A stretch of DNA of 45,358 nucleotides. Source: Catajapyx aquilonaris. Taxonomy: Eukaryota. A model generated the notes under the pieces. That model was not told the origin of the DNA. It did no database searches and saw only the letters and a list, made by a program, of their open reading frames with translations. Positions within the stretch are counted from its first letter, which is position 1; every line of letters starts with the position of its first letter. Location: the NCBI GenBank assembly GCA_000934665.2, contig JYFJ02003263.1:1-45358 (forward strand). Direction: 5' to 3'. This document shows, piece by piece, positions 37,666 through 45,358 of the stretch. The translations under genes and the position numbers were made by a program.

Positions 37666-38184
37666 CAGGGTGTTCCAAATTCGTGAGTCGTTTTTATAAG
37701 ATTACTAGCGGCGTTTCCCGGGAAGAAATGAATGAAGGGAAAACACCTGCCAGTACCCCCGTCAATTGTCTGTCTTTCTGTGTGTCCGGCCACCAATGCC
37801 ATCTGTGGTCCTGCTACACCAACACCTTCAACCTCTCCCGCCTGTATAACGGCAACCGTCATTTGCCTACCATCTGTAGTCAACCCGCAACACCTCCATC
37901 CTCTCCCGGCCTGGTGGAGCACAGATGGCAGGCAAATGGCGGTTGGCAGGCGGACAGACAGACAGACAGACTCACAAACGGCTTTATTTATATAGAAGAT
38001 AACGGACATCGCCCGATAGTAGTTATTTTTGTAGCTTGTTGTGCCCCTAACAACATGCCCTATTCTATAGAAACTGTTATATTCGACCCCCTTGGTGCAA
38101 TGGGGAACCTTGATCGGGGAATAAGCTACAAAACTAATTACTACAGAGCGATATCAGTTATTTAAAAAACCCACGAATTTGGAA
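37666..38184. mobile_element. Tc1/mariner-type MITE interrupted by a Helitron
   Basis: Left TIR TA-CAGGGTGTTCCAAATTCGTG; body resumes at 37997; right TIR CCACGAATTTGGAA is truncated. Confidence 0.8.
37705..37996 (-). mobile_element. Non-autonomous Helitron
   Basis: Highly similar to 9368-9687; TC...CTAG termini on the minus strand. Confidence 0.85.
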
Positions 38185-40029
38185 TATGGGCAAAATTATT
38201 TTATTTATAGATAAATTTTGCTATTTCTGCATAGCATACTAGATTCATCGACACTGAATATCAATTTCGTAGAATTCACACCTGGCTGCAATTTTCATTC
38301 TTAAAAAAAATTCGGACAGGTTGTGCGTGAAGCACTGCGTCCAGAGAATAGAAAACCCTTTGAAATACGACAGGTAGTTCCACGGATTCCGTGTCGAGCA
38401 TCATGGAAAACGTGCCGGTGTAACGAACAGCTCGGATATTTTATGCTTTCCCAGTGCTCAGAAGGTAAAAACGTGCTAAATGTCCTCTGGATAAAAGTAT
38501 GTGTGATTTACTCCCCTTTCACATAATGAAGCAATGGGTTTCGTTCCCTGTGATTTACGTAAATCCGATTTTACCTTCCTCTGCTTAGGAAGCCCGCTTT
38601 CCATTCCTAATTACACTCGTAAATAAAGGCGGCACAATTCAAGCCCCTCGACTACAAACGTACCAAGGACCAAGGTACGCCCACAATTGATGGTTCCATA
38701 AAATGAATTATCGTCCGCTTACATGTGCGTCCACCTTTGCATGACATCATGATTGTCACCGACACAGCCCAGCCATTTCTGACCCATTAAAAGGCCCAGC
38801 GGTGGACAACTCGTGTGGTATTATTTACTCGTTAGCCTATCCAAATGTCATGTTCAGGTGACGTTTGCTACTCGGGGACAAATTTTATGAACTCTTTCAG
38901 GACCGTTTGGCATATTGCTGCAGAAGTCTGGTGCAAATTGAGAATTTTTGGATTTTGTCAATTTTTGTAAGTAACAATTAGTTCGGACAAACTCACAAGG
39001 GCTCACTGTAACAGGAGACCCGCACTTTTACTTATAGGCTACTCTCCTAGCCGTGAATTAGCTGAATAATAGGCGTGAATCCGCTGAAGGATGGAGTGTA
39101 TCCGCTGAAGGATGGGCTGAAGGACGGGTTGTCATAGAAAATTATTTGAAAATTTGTTATTATTGGCTTGTTTACTACCATCAGGCAACAATTAGCAATT
39201 TTCTATGATATTGTAATGCTATCACAGTGCTCATATATTACAGAGTAAACATAATTACTTGATTACTGTACTAACGAATGTGAACATGCTAACTTTGGCA
39301 GTCGATCGGAAGGTGGCAGGAAAAGCAGGCCATAGTCAACGTTACCTTCAACAAAATTGTCCTTGCGACGCCACACAGCGACAGAAATGAGAATTTCCTT
39401 CGCGTTTTCATCATGCCGCATGCGGATTAGCGGGAATATAAATAGGAAGGAAATTGTCATTGTAATTGTAATTGTGCGTATTTTGATTGAAAAACGGTAA
39501 CATGTACAGATATGACCATTACTACGGTTTAAAGGTCCGGCTGGTTTCAAGAGCTAGGAATGGTAGAATACCATATTATCTCAACTAGAAATGGAGTAAT
39601 CACATGGAGTTAAGTTAAGTCGCCGGACCCTATATCAACAGTGGTCACTTGGAGCATGTTCCAGTCGGTTCTAACTGATATGTCCATAGTGGTTTAGCAA
39701 TTTTTTTTGGCACTGACCTTGTTATTTTTAAGCTGTCACCCGCAGTAATAATTTTTTATTATTAATTTAATAATTGGGTGCTGCTTATGAGTTAAACTTG
39801 TGAATTAATATTTTTTTGTATATCTCTTGCATAACACATGTAGGGTACTATACGTTTCACTCTCTAGGCTGCAGAGACTATATTAGTTGTGAAAATAACA
39901 CAAAAAGTCCTCCACTTGCGTAAGTGGATTGTTCCGCAACCCAATATGATTGTATAAGTAGATATTTACGTATTGGGTTTGTGTGTGGTGTATTGTACAC
40001 AGACAGGTAGTCCCCGGTTTACGAACGAC

Positions 40030-40097
40030 CCGGCTTCGGGCGATATCAGTGATAACAAAAAACGACCCACGAACTTAGAACCACTTGGAACACTCTG
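40030..40097. mobile_element. Right-end fragment of the Tc1/mariner-type MITE
   Basis: CGATATCAGT..AAAAAACGACCCACGAACTT..GGAACACTCTG followed by TA. Confidence 0.6.
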
Positions 40098-40146
40098 TAT
40101 GTATGACGGGAACTCAACAATTAACTGTCTTTTCAATCTGATTTTC

Positions 40147-40594
40147 ACAACAACAACAACAACAACAACAACAACACATTTCCCTATGAGGGGTAGTGAG
40201 CGATGAAGGGAGACGCAAGCTAACCCAACATATGAACTAATAAAACTCGTGAGAATAAACCTAAAAACAACCAGTCCCACCCCCACCCCTGCCCACATCA
40301 GAAACAGACACTCAATATTAAATTTAAATATTACACTATGCAATACTGTACTTCGTAAAAAACAAGCCCTCCCCCCTCGCCACCAGCCACTACTCTGGAC
40401 GCCCTGGCCACGCCGACGTGTATGGCACCTCCCTTGCACCTCATCGACCCCGCCAGGGACGTCCCCTCTACTCGCCGGAGCGAAGGAAGCCTTATCCTCA
40501 GACATATTTACCTATTTACCCATTAATTAACCTACGCCATTTACACCTATCCAAACAAACAACCCTAGCCTCTGCCACGTCCATGGTCACTCTT
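40147..40594 (-). mobile_element. 5'-truncated RTE-clade LINE (ORF C-terminus, 3' UTR and (GTT)n tail)
   Basis: Minus strand 40593-40518 reads RVTMDVAEARVVCLDRCKWRRLING*, matching the RTE C-terminal xAxxxxxDRxxWR pattern; ends in (GTT)n. Confidence 0.75.
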
Positions 40595-40848
40595 GATAAT
40601 AATAAAATTTCATGTAGTTAATACAATAAATGTTTTGATTTCTCAAGTAACTTGTCACATGTGGTAATTGGTACGATCGCTTGTAATATAAGCCAGTATT
40701 TTTTCAATTTCCGTAAGTGAGAATCAGATGGATTATTCCATCATTTGCGAAACAAACAAAAAAGTATTTCTTACGCACATTACAACCAGATACGCTCTTT
40801 TTCAACAGTAAAATTGAGCAAGACCACTTTGCCGTCAGATAAGCTTAA

Positions 40849-41432
40849 CTCTTAGTTAGTGCGGTGGAAAAATTCACTTAACTAGTGCGGTGGGGGGCAA
40901 ATGACCCCCAGACTAAAATTATTTATTTCTAACTTTGCATTCCAGGATAATAAATTTTTAAAAATAGCATCAGATGCAACACTTCATTAGAAATGTCATT
41001 ATCTACTCTCCCACATTGTATCTCATGTTTTTATGTAGTTAAAAAATCCAGAAAAACATGCTGCATATTCCTTCAAAAGCAGTCCTCATGTCCACTCTGG
41101 TAACACTGTAAATTGTAATAATCGGAAAAAAAGTTCCCTAAGTACCCTCCATGCCCTTATCAGTTGCTACTGATAGGACGCCAGTTCCCCCACGACCTCT
41201 CTTTCTAGCCTGTAGCCGCGTTGCCGAATTTTCGGAAAATTCATCTTCTTGGGTTTTTTTATTATTACAATTTTACTAACATAGATTAAAATAAGTGAAA
41301 AATACTATAGTTGCAGAAATATTTTATTGACAATTAGAAAAATTCCTAAGGAGATCGGACTGTTTTAAATGCCTTTTATATGCAAAAATGAGGCCTTGGG
41401 GGTCAGTTGCCCCCCACCGCACTAACTAAGAG
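40849..41432. mobile_element. Non-autonomous piggyBac-like element
   Basis: TTAA on both sides (40845-40848, 41433-41436); TIR CTCTTAGTTAGTGCGGTGG / CCACCGCACTAACTAAGAG. Confidence 0.85.
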
Positions 41433-41547
41433 TTAATATTCGTATGAAAAATAGATATTGAGCAAACCTGCTTAGTCTATATATTTATCAACGGCCCTCA
41501 TTTCTAGCTTATTAGTTCATCAGTAAGTGTTATATTCAGGCAGACAT

Positions 41548-43079
41548 ATGAGACTCAATATGACTGGCAACCAGCATAAGAAGCCTACTTTGTCCCCTGC
41601 CATCAGGACTTACCTGCTGTTGTTCAATGTGGCTCAGTTCACTGGGTAGGTAAAACATCACCACGTTTAGATTGTGCACATTTTTTTAGCCAACTGTGGT
41701 ACACTGATTTCACGACATTTTTGGATTTCTATTTTTCACAAAAATTACATATTGTAGCCTACTCAAACCATAACCTTACAATCATACGTATGTCTAAACA
41801 AGGAGTATCTATAGTATTTCGTTTTCCATTTCGTCTGGCAACTTTACGCCAAATTCCACCCATTCTTTAGAAATGAGAGAACATTTTCCCTCAAAATCCT
41901 CCCAAAATCCCCACCTGAAGACATATTGTTTATTTTTGTTAATATCTCATATTATACCAATTTTTCTGTGCGATAAGTGCTAAACTTAAGTTTTGTGATA
42001 TTACTTTGGAGTTTGTATTAGAAGAATCCCCTGCCCATACGGCTTATGGCCCTGGGTAAGGTACCATCATCATCATCATCATAATCATCATCATTATTAT
42101 TATCTATAATCACCATCATAATGTATTTCAGATGGTGCTCCATTCCGTATCAGATGTTTACCTTCTACGCAGAACACGGAACAGTTCATGGATCATGGAC
42201 CAGCTACGAACTTACGGTCAAAATCATCCAAACAGCAGCTCTTCTAGAGGTACAATGCGATATAGCTGCAAAAAATGACACTATTACAATTTTACAAAAT
42301 TTCATATCCTAGCAGAACCACTATCCTGTTATCCTGAATTAAATGCGGAGGAATAACTAGGTCTTTTTCTGTACTGCAGGTTGCACATGCAGCTTTAGGA
42401 CTGACGTCTTCCAGTGCCATGTCAACCTTCCTGCAAATCCAATCACGGCTATGGTTTGTGTGGATTGGGTCATACGTAGGATACCTCAGATATGAATTAA
42501 CCTTAAATCCAATGCTTACGTTCACATCGCTGTGTTGGACACTGAGCGAAGTCATCCGGTACCTGTACTACGCCTCAACACTGATCAATACCACACCATA
42601 TGTATTAACGTGGCTCAGGTAACACACGTGTATGAAGACAAGCAAGAATAATAATGCAAATAGAAATTTCTGGGATGATAAATTAATTAAAATAATACAT
42701 ATAATTCCCAACATACTGTATTATGATAATATTACATACAGTATTATGTCACAGGTGCAGCATGTTCATCGTCCTGTATCCATGCGGCGTAGCTGGAGAG
42801 CTCACCGGGATATATTTGGCATTCCCTGAATTCGTCAAGACGGGAATATTGTCTATCCAGATGCCAAACACTCTCAACTTCACTTTCTACTTTCCATACG
42901 TCACAATATTTTTGGCACCGCTGTACATTCCATGTAAGATTATTTGCCTTAATCTTGCTCCACGTAGGCAATATATTTTATACGATGCATATATGTCTTT
43001 TGCAGACTTCCCGCATCTTTATCTTCACATGCTTTCTCAACGCAAGAAGGTCTTGGGGGCCGTCATGAAGACAGCATGA
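41548..43079 (+). CDS. HACD: Very-long-chain (3R)-3-hydroxyacyl-CoA dehydratase (PTPLA/Phs1 family), 5 exons, 235 aa
   Basis: Exons 41548-41645, 42132-42249, 42380-42618, 42755-42933 and 43006-43079; all introns GT-AG; 708 nt in frame. Motifs YLLLFN..GW, QTAALLEVAH, QIQSR, WTLSEVIRYLYY, WLR, LYPCGVAGE, MPN, LYLHMLSQRKK. AATAAA at about 43129. The alternative ATG at 41560 is also possible. Confidence 0.93.
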
Positions 43080-44002
43080 GATGACTGTTGCTCAGCATAC
43101 GAGCATGGGCCTATCAAGGGGTGTTAAAAATAAAAATGTTTAAATATAAATATAAATTAATGTGTCAATTACACGTCGTATTTATCCGTATGCTGGGCAT
43201 GTTGCGCTCTACTCTTTTTATTAATTATATCTGTTGGCAACATTTGTATACCTGGGACGTTCAAAACCGCGAATGTTGGAAAAAATTGCTAATAATGTTA
43301 ACTGCAAACAAATGAACTGGTTTAAAAGAAGTTGAGTAAATTACTGGGAGGAGGTCTATAAGTGGTTTAAACAGCTTAGATTATTTAAATAGCTTGGTTG
43401 GGCAGCCTGGGCTACACGTCTACTAGGAGGCCAGGGGTCAAAGGCAGCTTATTTCCTCTCTGAAGCGGAGGGGGCACCTCATGGATGTCCAGATATATGT
43501 GACATCTACGAGTACGGGGGTCAGGGGGACACCAGTCGTAGGGTCACCTTTCAGAGGTCCAGATATGCCTTATACGTATACGCCGTCAGGGGGTCACCAC
43601 TCAGAGGGTTTGCCTCTGGTTTTTGTACTGAATCTCGTAATGCAGATCTGCCGTAATGGATCACGTAAGCAGAGTGTTTTAAAAGCAACTACCATGCAAT
43701 ACATCGCATTTATTAGCATTTCTTTAGCAGCCTATTCGGCTCATTTAATCTTAGAAACTACAAAAACTAGTAGAGGCACTCAATTGCTAAACCGCAAATG
43801 ACGTCCTTAACATTTGCAATTATTTTCTTCGGTGCATTTTGGAGTTTTTTCCCTTCCTTTTGAATTCGAAGATTGAGTAAGGCGGATTTCAATATTAAGA
43901 GCGGAAATGCGTAAAGAAATGTATATTACAGAAACGTCCCTAGTCTATGAAGAGTAGTTTCATTTCAAGCATATCAGCTGTTCCACACACTCAAGGCAAA
44001 CT

Positions 44003-44100
44003 ATGGAACGCCAGATATCAGGGAGCCAACAGAAGAAGCCTGCTTTGTCCCGGGCCATCAAGTCTTACCTGCTGTTATTCAATATGGCTCAATTCCTTGG
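44003..44100 (+). CDS. HACD: Exon 1 of a tandem HACD paralog (remainder outside the window)
   Basis: MERQISGSQQKKPALSRAIKSYLLLFNMAQFLG, same 98-nt length and same GTAGGT.AAACATCA donor as exon 1 at 41548. Confidence 0.85.
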
Positions 44101-44494
44101 GTAGGTTAAACATCAGAACCTTTTAGTAGTGAATGAAAGGTCATTTATGTAGAGGGCATATGTTTGTCATTTGAGACGTACATGTATTAGGGAATTTTTA
44201 ACTCTGAGGTGCTGAGCTATCTATAATACAAATCGTATTGTGTTTGCACAGTTTTAAATACTCAATCACATGTTTTATCAGTCTGTATTATTATTTACAC
44301 ATTAAGATTTATGATTCAAAATTTAATCACATGAACCGGAGGTAAAATATAATTAAAATATTAGATAAAATACCAGTAATGCTATATCTGATGTCACTTG
44401 ACAAAGAAAAATGGTCACCTTGGCATTTAAGCCTTGATAAAATTGCTAAATAGGGCAGGCTCATCACTTGCTCATTACTTGATATCTGATCCGA

Positions 44495-44720
44495 CGGGGG
44501 AGGTGAAGTGGCGCAGCGGTAACGCTCGCGCCCACGGATATTAAGGTCCCGGGTTCGATCCCCACCCGGGGTTCCCACCCTTATCCGTGCAGAGTTGGGC
44601 CATCTCTGGCTTGATTTCGGGTGGCAATTTCCGACAGACTAAGCCACCCGGGGGAGCTCACAAAATGACCATTAGAGACATTGCACTTGCACTTTGCACA
44701 TCCCCTCCTACCTACCCTGG
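44495..44720 (+). mobile_element. tRNA-derived SINE, family C
   Basis: Box A TGGCGCAGCGG and box B GGTTCGATCCC followed by a non-tRNA body. Single copy here; 3' end approximate. Confidence 0.65.
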
Positions 44721-45199
44721 AGTAATTAATTAAGATCTTATATGGCTCCAATTTCCGATGGTGGTAATCCACCCCCCTAAAGGATATGGTAAATCCCAAT
44801 GGGGTAATGCAAAAAAATATCTGACCCGACGACATATTCCTTTTCCTTAATAAGAACTCTGATGGATCATATACAAAAAGAATTTAAAGTCTTGCACGCG
44901 TTCTCATGATACAGAAATTATGCATTAATCAAATGTGAAGATTATCTCAGCGAAAGCTATTTTAATTTTAACTCTGCTATCGATATTACACGTTTGTTAA
45001 GTAAATTTGAGAAACAACACTCAAAGGTTCTGGTTCAAAGATTTTAGGTTTGTTTTGTCACCGAACGAGACTTGTACTCTTTGTAATATGTGTATGAATT
45101 TCGCCCAATTTCGTATTTTGTGCGAGTGCCCATTCTTTGGAAATGAGAGAGCATTATTCCTCAAAAATTTCCCGAAAACCACACATCAACACATATTTG

Positions 45200-45261
45200 T
45201 TTTGGGAGAATCCCCTGCCCATACGGCTCATAAGCCGTATGGGCAGGGGATTCTCCCAAAA
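45200..45261. repeat. Perfect 29-bp-arm hairpin
   Basis: TTTTGGGAGAATCCCCTGCCCATACGGCT-CATA-AGCCGTATGGGCAGGGGATTCTCCCAAAA. Confidence 0.95.
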
Positions 45262-45264
45262 TCC

Positions 45265-45336
<72 letters not shown>
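45265..45336. repeat. (ATT)n microsatellite
   Basis: Directly visible. Confidence 0.98.
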
Positions 45337-45337
<1 letters not shown>

Positions 45338-45358
45338 ACCCACTCTAATAGCTGGGTT

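Noticed and set aside
39263..39550. Minus-strand ORF or possible first exon (MMKTRRKFSFLSLCGVARTILLK followed by GTAAC)
   Set aside because: No recognisable homology and no downstream exons found.
39966..40530. 179-aa and overlapping ORFs
   Set aside because: They span the LINE 3' UTR, the (GTT)n tail and a MITE fragment.
43380..43620. GC-rich patch with repeated GGGGTCA between the HACD copies
   Set aside because: Probably an old MITE, but no TIR, TSD or second copy was found to support a call.

Overview
Eukaryotic genomic DNA, probably arthropod (inferred from TTAGG-bearing MITEs, tRNA-derived SINEs and spliceosomal introns). It has two compartments. (1) About 0.8-36.5 kb is an almost gap-free series of heavily decayed autonomous DNA-transposon genes: an ISL2EU-type PIF/Harbinger pair (SWIM-YqaJ gene and THAP-HTH-DDE transposase), an animal EnSpm/CACTA-type pair (transposase and DUF4806 gene), an AcademH-like pair (DUF6589-type transposase and RecQ-like helicase), a directly adjacent AcademX-like transposase-XPG gene, and a Tc1 fragment. 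These calls come from my manual translation against remembered family motifs, not from database searches. Over these genes lies a roughly 1.2-2.3 kb periodic pattern of AT-rich spacer, then C-rich half, then G-rich half, with many homopolymer runs. The pattern ignores gene strand and element boundaries and is the best candidate for an undescribed process. Young SINEs, Helitrons and MITEs sit mostly in the AT-rich spacers. (2) About 37-45 kb is ordinary sequence with an intact 5-exon very-long-chain 3-hydroxyacyl-CoA dehydratase (HACD/PTPLA family) gene and exon 1 of a tandem paralog.
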